IMG/VR virus record: IMGVR_UViG_3300021513_000001
Location: 32,001 to 96,000 of that record
DNA: 64,000 nucleotides
Direction: 5' to 3' (one strand)
Source: a virus
Part shown: one piece after another, positions 39,296 through 49,071 of the stretch
Numbering within the stretch: the stretch's first letter is position 1
Layout: each line of letters opens with the position of its first letter
Translations under genes and position numbers: made by a program
Notes under the pieces: model-generated
What the model was told of the DNA's origin: nothing
Databases searched by the model: none
The model's input: only the letters and a program-made list of their open reading frames with translations

Positions 39296-40831
39296 TTAAC
39301 TATAATCAAAATAAACTCTATAATTAATACTTGAGTTACTCCCCGTTTCATCTGCTCCCAACCTAATACAAACAAATATAAAATCACTAACTAAAGCCCC
39401 ATTATAGTTACCTATAGGCTCAGAATCATCTGCAGTAGCAACAACACTTAAATTGGCCTTATTAGCATACAAATAATTAGGAAGCGTTCCGCTAAGATCT
39501 GAAGCAACAACATTCGTTCTCCATTCTTTTCCTGTAGTAGGACTAGCTCCAGCTGTATTTTTTGCACCAATTGTTCCAAACCGAAAATACGTATCACCAG
39601 TACCATGATAACTAAATGACCCGTGATTTTGTAATCCAAATTTAACAGAATTCATCATTACAGCGCCACCAATAATCTCAAACAAAACACATTTAACCGG
39701 GGATTCAGTAGTAACTGTAACATTTCCGTAATTTAAACTACTTATATTATAATTTGTAGGTTGAGGACCTACATTTACTATCCTAAATTCATCTCCGGCT
39801 TCTAAGTTGTTAGTTCCGTTAATAAACTTTATATACAAACCCCTTGTTCCAACACGAACCCAGGAAGAAGAAGAAGTAGTTATAGGAGAACTACACTCAT
39901 CGCCCCTATTAGAAGTCCAAACATACTTAGCCGTACCAACAGGAGCTGTTGCATTACCTTCAACAGCCTGCACCGGTTTAGTACATGTAATAGACCAATT
40001 ATCACCATCACCAAATACAGCATCAGACCATTTAACCTTCAACCCATGAGTACCTACATTATACCAATGATCTGGGTATAATATTTCAACAGGACCGCCA
40101 TCATCAAAAGAATCAGTACTGGTCCAACTAAACTTTGGAACATTTCCTGTACCACCGCCCGCAGTAAGGCCGTTGGTACCATCTATAGTTATCGTATACG
40201 TAGGATCAGATTTAGAATGATTATATTGCCCACCAGCAGTAAAAGTACCAGAATACTCATTAGACCCACCAGGAGTTGGAGACCCTATAGTTGTTTCTTT
40301 GTTTATAATTATGCTATATTCTTCATCAAACATCCCCTCCCAAGTTCCAGATACTGCTATACCGCCATTAAAAAAATTACTTGCCTTGTATGTATTTCCA
40401 GCACCCTGCGTAGGAGTATTAGATGTAAATCCTAATGTATCAAAAACAGTATTAGTACCTGAAGTAACAGCTACACTAGAAGCTGCTCCAATATTTCCAG
40501 AGTAAATATTAAACTTATTATTTTCCCATAAACAAACAGCATGCACCCAACTATCATTTGAGGGTTGTGCCGCGTGCATTTTCTCAGTTATATCTTTAGC
40601 AACAAATCTTGCATCTAAATTAACTCCAGATGTAAGTGTAATATTATGATATCCAGAGCCGTCTATATTTATACCCAATATGTTATTGGTTGGACCTATA
40701 GTAAATTTATCTCCAACACTGCTATTAGCCTTTACTTTACCTCTAGTTCCAACACCACTTGTTGTAGCTCCCAAATATGTAGAAGTAGCAGCAGCTACTG
40801 AATATTCAACCCACCTTGTCTCGGCTGCCAT
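39296..40831 (-). CDS. 511-aa Gly/Thr/Ser-rich putative major virion structural protein
   Basis: Best SD in the window (GGAGGT). Internal repeat HWYNVGTHGLKVKW...FGDGDNWSI / SWVRVGTRGLYIKF...LEAGDEFRI. C-terminus YRVYFDYS. Confidence 0.8.
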   Translation of the reverse strand: MAAETRWVEYSVAAATSTYLGATTSGVGTRGKVKANSSVGDKFTIGPTNNILGINIDGSGYHNITLTSGVNLDARFVAKDITEKMHAAQPSNDSWVHAVCLWENNKFNIYSGNIGAASSVAVTSGTNTVFDTLGFTSNTPTQGAGNTYKASNFFNGGIAVSGTWEGMFDEEYSIIINKETTIGSPTPGGSNEYSGTFTAGGQYNHSKSDPTYTITIDGTNGLTAGGGTGNVPKFSWTSTDSFDDGGPVEILYPDHWYNVGTHGLKVKWSDAVFGDGDNWSITCTKPVQAVEGNATAPVGTAKYVWTSNRGDECSSPITTSSSSWVRVGTRGLYIKFINGTNNLEAGDEFRIVNVGPQPTNYNISSLNYGNVTVTTESPVKCVLFEIIGGAVMMNSVKFGLQNHGSFSYHGTGDTYFRFGTIGAKNTAGASPTTGKEWRTNVVASDLSGTLPNYLYANKANLSVVATADDSEPIGNYNGALVSDFIFVCIRLGADETGSNSSINYRVYFDYS

Positions 40832-40902
40832 AATTAAATAACCTCCAAAAATAATCTTATTAAAATTTAAGACATTACCTACTAACTAAACAGTTAGTTA
40901 AC

Positions 40903-43869
40903 CTACAATCCATCATTTCTTATAATAAATTCAAACTCAAACGGGTCCATAACATTTCCAGATAAATCCTTACATTCAATACGAACAGTATAACTACCTC
41001 CATTATAAAAATTAGTCGTTATTGGATTAATGCTTGCTAACAAATCATTACGATCAAGACCAATACCAAAAATAGAAGCACCGAGATTTTTACGCTTATA
41101 TTTTTCAATTCTTACATATATGCTTTCAGAAGAAAAGCTTGGAAAAATATCAACATTGTTTTCTGCAATCATCAGCATAGGTATTAATTTTTCATACTCA
41201 TGTTTAACTATATGATAAATATTATAATAATATCTTTTTCCATATTTCAAAAAATAGGAAGAAACATTTATATCACCTCGCGTATTAACAACATATACTA
41301 TAATTTCAACATACTCTAATGGTTCAAGGAGACTAATGTCATAACACCAAGAAACAGAATATCCTCTGGAAATTTTACTAAACTGTAAAACATCAACATA
41401 ATTTCCAGTTATTATATTAGTATTCATATATATATTTATTCCACTTTCTGTTACGCCATAATGTTTATCATAGACATCAACATTAAAACAAAAATCAGGA
41501 GTACCAAAACTAAAATTATCTACATTTATATTGAAATTTTCTATTATAACGGTATTAAGTTTTACCTCAAAACCATAGTCATCAACATCTAATAACGAAC
41601 AACAAGTATTACATACATAACTCGATAATGCACCACTAATAACTTGAATATCGGAAAAATAATAAGGAAAAACACCAGATACACTACAAACTATTGAGGA
41701 ATAAAAATCATTATATACTTCATCAGAAACTTTTACATCTGAAAAAAACCTGACTAAACTACCCCTATCTGTTTTCGTTTCTGTCTTTACGTCACAACGA
41801 CTTGCTGTTGAACATATTACATTCACTTCATGTGGAAAATATTTCCAATTTGACAAAACAAAATCAACATCAACATTTGTATACATATCGTTTTTAGACT
41901 CAACAACAAACTTAGTAGCAACATCAACATAGTATCCTTGATATAACTCCCCTAACCAAAAATCAATATAAATGTCATCAAACCAAGAATCAACTATAAC
42001 ATCAAAACAAAATTCTACCTGCTTAGATATAATTCCACTACCTGATAAATCTCCCCACAAAAATTCCACGGGCTTTTCTAAATACATCGATTTTAAGTCT
42101 GCAATATCGTAATAACCATACTCTGTAGTAGTCAAACTCACACTATCCTTATCATGCAAAGCAGTTTTAAAATCAGATATAACATCTAAATATCCATCTT
42201 TTTTATTACCAACAACAAAATCTATTTCATTATTTATACTAAACTTATTAAAATCATTTACTTTTATTACATAATTTTTGTTTATAATTCCAGAACTATG
42301 TGTAAGTTTTAATACAGTATAAAGCTCCGAAGGAGAACCAAAATATTTAGTAAAAATGGAATCGTATTTTAAACCAGAAACATGCCAATGACCCCCATTA
42401 TCAAAAGAAACTGAGTATACAACACCAGAACAACTATTAGATTCGAATATTACCTCATCTCCTGAAAATATAACTTCTGGCCAATTGGTTAAATAACCAT
42501 TAATCATATTATTATCATACCCGGATTCTCTAAAAAAATTACTATTATCATATATAGTATTATGTAAATAATATGAATACAAAGGAGGTTTTGGCGGCAA
42601 CAAAAATAAATCAAAAAAATAACATTCAATAGAATATCCACTAGAACCGCTTCCACCCAAACGTATTTCAGAAATACTAAATGTCCGTTTTATTACTAAC
42701 TTAGTTAATCCATTTATAACAATATATGTATTAGACCCGTCACAAGTTATACTAAAAGTAGAACACTCATTAAAATATAACTTAGAACTAACACTATATT
42801 CATTTCCATTAATTTTAGCAACCAAAGACCCGTCTGAATATACATATACGTAATTATCAGACGAAAAATAAACGAGATAACCTTCTCCAAATAACAAATA
42901 ACAATTAAAAAATAAAGTAAAAGAAGATTTACTTATACTGCATGACACATATGTAGTACCGCCAAGAATTTTAACAGCATAAGTATCGCAAATAGGTTGA
43001 TGAAGTGCTGCACTATGATTAGAAAAATTCGGCCCTATTTTAGAAATTAAAGAAGTAGTATCTAAAAAATTCACAATATAAGCATCGTCAAAAACATACT
43101 CTAAAAATCCAATACCTGTATGAATTATAACATCATCTATATGCCAATAGTCACTAGAAGCATTTCCACGTGTTTGTCTGAACCTTATCCTAAACTCATT
43201 ATGTAAAGAATCCTCAAACAACGTATGAATTTTATCATAAATTTGTCCAGGAGTACCGTTACCATAAAAAATATCCAATTGAACCCAATCGCTCTCATTA
43301 TTTAAATACTCGACTATAAGATTTTCATTTGAATCAGGATCTTCACTAAAAGAATCACTTCCTCTTCTAATCCAATAAAAAACAACTATAGGAACTACAA
43401 CATTAATAGCCTTTGATGTTACACAAACAGCACCAGACCTGGTATACATTGAGTAAATCCCTGATTTAGCAGTATGACTGCCAACACCAGCAACACCATT
43501 ACCGCTTTTTACCCACCCGTTTGTATCTAAACTACCGCTTTCAAAATCGTCTTCAAATAATTTTATATTATTTTCAATTTCAACACCATCATAATAAATA
43601 AACAAACTAGTATAATTTATATCATCAATAAATATAATTTTAACATAATATTCTATTTTATCCACTTCTGGAAAAAATGTTTTACAAGAATAACAAAGAA
43701 TATTACCATCAACATCAACAAAACTTATATAATAATTTTTCTCAATTAAATATGGAATTACTTGGTTGGGTATTCTAACAACTATGACCTGGTTATAAGC
43801 ATTATACCCAAAATTAGAAGGCTTTATTAGTAATTCTAGTCTTTTTGAAAATTGAGGTAAGTGCCACAC
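40903..43869 (-). CDS. 988-aa virion protein: DUF2341-like N-terminus, reelin-like insert, LamG, C-terminal Ig-like strands
   Basis: GTG start. DUF2341 pattern W...KRLELLI...ISFVDVDGNIL...YYVKI...LFIYYDG. FRIRFRQTRG...DYWHIDDVII. C-terminal GGSYTVRIECKDLSGNVMDPFEFEF. Confidence 0.72.
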   Translation of the reverse strand: MWHLPQFSKRLELLIKPSNFGYNAYNQVIVVRIPNQVIPYLIEKNYYISFVDVDGNILCYSCKTFFPEVDKIEYYVKIIFIDDINYTSLFIYYDGVEIENNIKLFEDDFESGSLDTNGWVKSGNGVAGVGSHTAKSGIYSMYTRSGAVCVTSKAINVVVPIVVFYWIRRGSDSFSEDPDSNENLIVEYLNNESDWVQLDIFYGNGTPGQIYDKIHTLFEDSLHNEFRIRFRQTRGNASSDYWHIDDVIIHTGIGFLEYVFDDAYIVNFLDTTSLISKIGPNFSNHSAALHQPICDTYAVKILGGTTYVSCSISKSSFTLFFNCYLLFGEGYLVYFSSDNYVYVYSDGSLVAKINGNEYSVSSKLYFNECSTFSITCDGSNTYIVINGLTKLVIKRTFSISEIRLGGSGSSGYSIECYFFDLFLLPPKPPLYSYYLHNTIYDNSNFFRESGYDNNMINGYLTNWPEVIFSGDEVIFESNSCSGVVYSVSFDNGGHWHVSGLKYDSIFTKYFGSPSELYTVLKLTHSSGIINKNYVIKVNDFNKFSINNEIDFVVGNKKDGYLDVISDFKTALHDKDSVSLTTTEYGYYDIADLKSMYLEKPVEFLWGDLSGSGIISKQVEFCFDVIVDSWFDDIYIDFWLGELYQGYYVDVATKFVVESKNDMYTNVDVDFVLSNWKYFPHEVNVICSTASRCDVKTETKTDRGSLVRFFSDVKVSDEVYNDFYSSIVCSVSGVFPYYFSDIQVISGALSSYVCNTCCSLLDVDDYGFEVKLNTVIIENFNINVDNFSFGTPDFCFNVDVYDKHYGVTESGINIYMNTNIITGNYVDVLQFSKISRGYSVSWCYDISLLEPLEYVEIIVYVVNTRGDINVSSYFLKYGKRYYYNIYHIVKHEYEKLIPMLMIAENNVDIFPSFSSESIYVRIEKYKRKNLGASIFGIGLDRNDLLASINPITTNFYNGGSYTVRIECKDLSGNVMDPFEFEFIIRNDGL

Positions 43870-43880
43870 GACGTTGGCCT

Positions 43881-45455
43881 CTAAGTGTACTGATAATGAA
43901 ATGTAATCACAAAATCATAGTTACCCGGATCAAATATAGAACTACTTATAGTAGAAATTCTCGGTCTAATAGAAAGCATGTCACCTATTATATTAGGCTC
44001 TTTAACATAGTATACTAAATTAAATTTTCCATAATATAACTCATTTCCTTTTATTGGAAAATCAGACACGTAATCATATACAGGATCTATAGTAGTACTT
44101 TGCTGATCTTGACTAGGCCAACCACCAGAATCAGGAGACCTATAAACACAGGCAGATAACTTACATAATTCATTTTTAAGAACAGTGTTTAAAACAGAAG
44201 AGTGCGTTGCATCATCCCACGCAGTTACATAACAATTATAGGCTTCGCCAAATTTCATAAACAAATGTAAAGTATCACTAAAGTGACAGTCCTCTTTATA
44301 GATAGGAAACTTATAAAATAAACCTTTATTTATTTCAACAGGATCTGGGCTCACATCAACAATATAATCTCCAACAGAGGAACCAAACATACAAATAGGA
44401 TAACTATCTAACTGATCAATTAAACCTATTTCATTTACATCATCAAAACACAAATAGCTATTCCAATATTTTATATCATTAATACAACCCCTAAAAGTAG
44501 AAGTATAACCAAAAGAAGTATTACCTATACAAATATTACCAGACCCGACGGTTCCACTTACCATAGAATTATGTAATAAAAGACTATTATTCTTATACAA
44601 ATAAAATCCACTATTTTGATCATAAGAAACAACTATATGATTAAAAACCCCAGAAGATACAGTACTACCTGTATCAGATTTATATTCAGCAACATCTGTC
44701 TTAATAGAATACGTTATAGTATTATCTTTTGAACAACCTACAGAAAAATATGTTCCACTAGTTACAACATTAATAAAAGTAGAATTATAACCAAAACTAT
44801 CAATTCCAGAAGAAACCGCCCCATAATTATCAACATAAAAAGAAAAACAAAAATCACCATCCAATGAAAAATCAGCATTACTGTATATTAAACTGTCAGC
44901 ATCACCATCAAATTCTGGAGCATAAAATTCAAAAGAAGGGTAATAAACAGGAACAACGCCGCCAGAAGAAACTAAAGCAAAAGAACCAACAGAATCAGAA
45001 AAATCTGGATAAGATGACCCTTCTTCATTTAATTTCCACCAACTATCAACTGCTGGGGTTATTGATGTTGCTTCAAACCTTTTTCCACTTACAGTAGGAT
45101 TTGGAAACCACTGACCTTGCACAGCAGAAGGCCTCTCAGATAAATATATTTTATTAAATGGGCTTATTGCCTTTTCCGCCACCTTAACGCGGTTTGCCTT
45201 ATAATCATCATAATCATAAACATTTACGATCGCAGAATACTCCATACTCTCGTCTTGCGCACATGCAATCTTATGCATTTTATTTCTAATTTGATCTTCA
45301 ATCCAAGTACCAACATTAACCTCACCTGCAACTATATGAGACCGTGTCCCGGCTGGACTTTGATCGTCCATATTAGGACTAGTGAACACAAACTTTGGAT
45401 TGTTGATATCCTTCCAACCGTTTCTGTTAAAATATAATGTGAACCCTACTGCCAT
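43881..45455 (-). CDS. ~524-aa virion protein with a LamG domain and C-terminal AWDDxxH...FHYQYT domain
   Basis: AGGAG SD before ATG 45455 (MAVGFTLY). LamG SWWKLNE...FNHIVVSYD...FRGCINDIKYWN. C-terminus paralogous to 1..546. Confidence 0.8.
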   Translation of the reverse strand: MAVGFTLYFNRNGWKDINNPKFVFTSPNMDDQSPAGTRSHIVAGEVNVGTWIEDQIRNKMHKIACAQDESMEYSAIVNVYDYDDYKANRVKVAEKAISPFNKIYLSERPSAVQGQWFPNPTVSGKRFEATSITPAVDSWWKLNEEGSSYPDFSDSVGSFALVSSGGVVPVYYPSFEFYAPEFDGDADSLIYSNADFSLDGDFCFSFYVDNYGAVSSGIDSFGYNSTFINVVTSGTYFSVGCSKDNTITYSIKTDVAEYKSDTGSTVSSGVFNHIVVSYDQNSGFYLYKNNSLLLHNSMVSGTVGSGNICIGNTSFGYTSTFRGCINDIKYWNSYLCFDDVNEIGLIDQLDSYPICMFGSSVGDYIVDVSPDPVEINKGLFYKFPIYKEDCHFSDTLHLFMKFGEAYNCYVTAWDDATHSSVLNTVLKNELCKLSACVYRSPDSGGWPSQDQQSTTIDPVYDYVSDFPIKGNELYYGKFNLVYYVKEPNIIGDMLSIRPRISTISSSIFDPGNYDFVITFHYQYT

Positions 45456-45466
45456 TATGACTCCTA

Positions 45467-45901
45467 CTAAAAAATAGACCATTTCCAACTGTTTGTTATC
45501 TCAGCCGGAATCGGTTCCGTATATAATTTTATATCACCTATTCTTTCTCCAGAAATAGGATTAGTCCTTAATGCTACCCTATGTACATATACGCAATTAT
45601 CGGCCAACCCCTTAATATACGTATAATGATAGTTTTTATTATTTAACCAGCCGTTTTTATCAATACTTAAACTTACTTCTACCAAATGCAAATAAGCCTT
45701 ATAACGAGGTATGTTTATAATTTTTTTTGTTGATAAGTGATAGCTGAGCCTAACAATTCCATGATTTAAATCATCCCAGCCTGTTATATCTAATCCTGTA
45801 CCCTTAACTACCTTATCAATATACTTAGCAACAAAATAAGTTTCCCTTTGATCTACTTGAGTTATTTTGTTATATTTTCCATACTTTGTTATATCTTCCA
45901 T
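45467..45901 (-). CDS. 144-aa hypothetical protein
   Basis: AGGAG SD, tandem TAG TAG stop, operonic position. Confidence 0.8.
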   Translation of the reverse strand: MEDITKYGKYNKITQVDQRETYFVAKYIDKVVKGTGLDITGWDDLNHGIVRLSYHLSTKKIINIPRYKAYLHLVEVSLSIDKNGWLNNKNYHYTYIKGLADNCVYVHRVALRTNPISGERIGDIKLYTEPIPAEITNSWKWSIF

Positions 45902-45990
45902 AAAAATCTCCTAAACCCAATCCTCTAAATATAAATTAATGCTGTTTTTGTTTTTTAATAATTTGTTATTTGTCATTATTACTAACCCTA

Positions 45991-46632
45991 TTATGAATAC
46001 AAGTATCGAAGACTTAAAACCGGAATAGAAACAAAAGTTGACGAATCATGTGGTATCTCTATACATATATTAAAATATAAAACAGTATCCGAAACAGATG
46101 AAACATTCGATAGCTCGATACGATTACTATACCCTCTTAATGATGTAGCAGAAGTATGCCAAAAATCCCCTGGGTAATCATAAGTAGTTGTCTTTGCTTT
46201 TATAAAAGATGTATAATTATTAGACAAAGTACCTGATAATACAGGCAAATTAGTTGTAGTATGAGTCATATCATCCCAAGCTTCAAGGTATAACTTGCTT
46301 GTAATTGTACCACCCACATATACAGCAAACGCATACCTATAATTATGACACCCTGCCAACGGTACCCTATACATATAATCATCATATTCAATAAAAGTAT
46401 ATGGAACAATAGTACTTCCAGATTCAGGTCTTATTGTAGCAGATCTTGTTCCAGAAGCATATGTACCGCTGCACATATCTTCTATACCACCTCCTGTAAA
46501 AACAATAGTACCATTGCATGTTCCACTAATTACAGGATAAAATGTTCCGTCAGAATTTCCACCAGCTGAAAAATTATATTCTACATCGTTCGCTGTTGAG
46601 TTATACAAAAGTTTTATGGTTGGCTGTGACAT
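45991..46632 (-). CDS. 213-aa putative virion structural protein (AWDDxTH family)
   Basis: LYLEAWDDMTHTTTN motif, terminal LRYLYS, Ser-Gly rich. Confidence 0.8.
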   Translation of the reverse strand: MSQPTIKLLYNSTANDVEYNFSAGGNSDGTFYPVISGTCNGTIVFTGGGIEDMCSGTYASGTRSATIRPESGSTIVPYTFIEYDDYMYRVPLAGCHNYRYAFAVYVGGTITSKLYLEAWDDMTHTTTNLPVLSGTLSNNYTSFIKAKTTTYDYPGDFWHTSATSLRGYSNRIELSNVSSVSDTVLYFNICIEIPHDSSTFVSIPVLSLRYLYS

Positions 46633-46639
46633 ATTTTTT

Positions 46640-49063
46640 TTACCTAATTCTCTTAATAACAGGCTTCACTATAATTTCGGCAAGCTTATTATCTAAAAAT
46701 AATTTTACTGTATCATATTTAACACCGCCTCCAGTATCAAAAACATCAAAATAAAAACTAAATCTATTATCAACAATATCAGCACATATGTCTTCTGGAA
46801 ATATCTCTGGCTTATCAGATTCTTCAATATAAAATTTGCAAGATTTTGACATTAAATTTCCGCTATAATCAAAAGCTTTAATATTCAAAGAAACACCAGC
46901 TCCACTATTAAAATCTACAGCAGGATGATATGACAACGCATACCCACCAGAAACAGTATAAACAGTAGGTATTACTGGTACCCCATCTAATATTAATTCA
47001 ATAGTATCTGGATTAATACCTATACCTTCACCATCACCAATAACCGCATAAATATCTATATTTTTTGGAACATCTGTAGCACTACAAGCAGGAGAAGTAG
47101 TTATAACATTAGGAGGAATATAATCGTCAATTACATCAAAATAACAATTAAATCTAAATAAATTTTTAGGAGAATCTGTATCATATATACTCAAATAACA
47201 ATATATTCGTGAAGAAAACTTATACAATGGGTCTGGAAAATAAATAAATTTTATTGAATATCTTCCACCTCCAAGGTCTATAAGTGTCATTGTACCAACG
47301 CTAGATACATCTTTAAAACCAGAATCATAGTTAAAAATACTATTTATCTCCCTAATTTTAAAAGAAAAAGAAGAAACATCAAAAGCATGAACTTGCGGAG
47401 AAATAAGAAACTCTATAACAACGCCTCTAGAGTTTTTTGTGCTATAACATTCCGGTAAAAAATAACTCAAAAAATCAAATATAGAAACAACAACAATACT
47501 ATTTATTGGATCGTTAATATATGCAGATTCTGTATTAAAAACCAAACCATTAGATTCTATAGAATGCCCAGCATCTAAACTTACCTTATTTTCACCTAAC
47601 TTGCTTGATATGCTAGTAACCCTCCCACCTGATACAATACTTGCAACACTTTTAACTTCTATATCTTCTTGACAAAATCTTTCTAAAAAACCAACAGCCC
47701 CATCAGATTTAAGATCATTAGAATAAAAACTTTCTACAACCTCAGAAACAACATCACCGTAACTAAAAACTAAACCCTGTGATACAGAATCACTAAGAAT
47801 TTTTATATAATTATTTCCATACACATAATCGGAACTTCTCCAAGCAAAAGTAGAATCAGCGTAAGCCGTTACAGTCTGAGTTAAATCGTCCCCCAAAGTA
47901 TAGATAGTATGTGCTTCTCCACTTACATTTGTAGAAACATCGTTAACGGAAAAACTTCCATTTAAATCTGATGTTTTGAATCTAGCTATAACATTACTAA
48001 CCGGAATTGCATATTGATCTAAAATTTTTGCTGTAACTTTTATTTTATTCTCCTCAACATAACCTCCAAACCTAACTTGAGAACTATTAATATATCTAAC
48101 AAAAGAATTTTTAACTAAATTATAAGTACTTAAACTCTCAATAGAACAATCAAAATTATTAAAAGTAACTAAATCTTTTTGTAAAGTATAAAATAAATCA
48201 TTAGATACAATAATAATACCATAAACTCCCTTATAATTACCACATCTCTGATAAGAATACAAAATATTTGACACTTTATACGTATCTAAATCAACTATAT
48301 ATATACCATAGTTAGAACATAAATACAGCTTACCGTTATAAAAATCAGAACAAGAAACAGCTCTAGCCTGATATATAGCTCTATAATCTTTAACAAAAAA
48401 CTTTTTACTATCCAAAACATAAACAAGAGGAACAGGTCCGTTACTTATACCTGTAGCACTAGCTACAAACAAATCTCCAACAAAAACAATATAATTTCCA
48501 GCAGCAAAACTATTATCTAAAGAATCCTTGAGATAAACGTGATTACTTTCTATATAATCAACTTCAGTAAATGTTACATTATTCAAATGTGTTCCTATAG
48601 TAGACGGCCCTATAATACATTCTTGTCCTGGTCTTATATTATTTGTATCATCAACATTAACATAGTTTTGCCCTGCCGGAGCAGAAGCACTAACAGTTCT
48701 TACATATTTTTCTATAGAACACCCTCTAATATCAAAACTATAATAACCAACAGTATCATATCTTACAGATTTTATTTCTTTTAAAGAAATAGTATCTAAA
48801 TCTAAAATCCAACGTCTAAATGTTACACTCGATAAACCACATTCAACTGTAAAAACTAAAGCACCATCATAATCAAAACTAGCTTTTGAAGAACAAGCAA
48901 ATGTAATAAATTTTACAGGGTCTGTATAACTTGATTTAATATAAGAAGATATAACATCTCCATTATAATTTAAAGATACTAAACCAGACTCATCTATATA
49001 ATAAAAAAGGCCCTCAGTTGGACCTATAGAACATGCTTGTGTAGAAACATTTATATTAGCCAT
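46640..49063 (-). CDS. 807-aa virion protein with Big_1-like and tandem C-terminal Ig-like domains
   Basis: Invasin/intimin Big_1 pattern VTAKILDQYAIPVSNVIARF...TNVSGEA. Ig-like DDYIPPNVITTSPA...IKAFDYSGN. N-half paralogous to 49072-50322. Confidence 0.78.
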   Translation of the reverse strand: MANINVSTQACSIGPTEGLFYYIDESGLVSLNYNGDVISSYIKSSYTDPVKFITFACSSKASFDYDGALVFTVECGLSSVTFRRWILDLDTISLKEIKSVRYDTVGYYSFDIRGCSIEKYVRTVSASAPAGQNYVNVDDTNNIRPGQECIIGPSTIGTHLNNVTFTEVDYIESNHVYLKDSLDNSFAAGNYIVFVGDLFVASATGISNGPVPLVYVLDSKKFFVKDYRAIYQARAVSCSDFYNGKLYLCSNYGIYIVDLDTYKVSNILYSYQRCGNYKGVYGIIIVSNDLFYTLQKDLVTFNNFDCSIESLSTYNLVKNSFVRYINSSQVRFGGYVEENKIKVTAKILDQYAIPVSNVIARFKTSDLNGSFSVNDVSTNVSGEAHTIYTLGDDLTQTVTAYADSTFAWRSSDYVYGNNYIKILSDSVSQGLVFSYGDVVSEVVESFYSNDLKSDGAVGFLERFCQEDIEVKSVASIVSGGRVTSISSKLGENKVSLDAGHSIESNGLVFNTESAYINDPINSIVVVSIFDFLSYFLPECYSTKNSRGVVIEFLISPQVHAFDVSSFSFKIREINSIFNYDSGFKDVSSVGTMTLIDLGGGRYSIKFIYFPDPLYKFSSRIYCYLSIYDTDSPKNLFRFNCYFDVIDDYIPPNVITTSPACSATDVPKNIDIYAVIGDGEGIGINPDTIELILDGVPVIPTVYTVSGGYALSYHPAVDFNSGAGVSLNIKAFDYSGNLMSKSCKFYIEESDKPEIFPEDICADIVDNRFSFYFDVFDTGGGVKYDTVKLFLDNKLAEIIVKPVIKRIR

Positions 49064-49071
49064 ATTTTCAC

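Noticed and set aside
39296-40831. Calling the 511-aa protein a tail sheath or major capsid protein
   Set aside because: No sheath or HK97-fold motifs recognised. It looks like a beta-rich Gly/Thr protein, so it is left as a generic structural protein.
40881-40898. Small hairpin ACTAACT-AAAC-AGTTAGT between the 988-aa and 511-aa genes
   Set aside because: A 7-bp AT-rich stem without a U-tract, too weak to call a terminator or operator.
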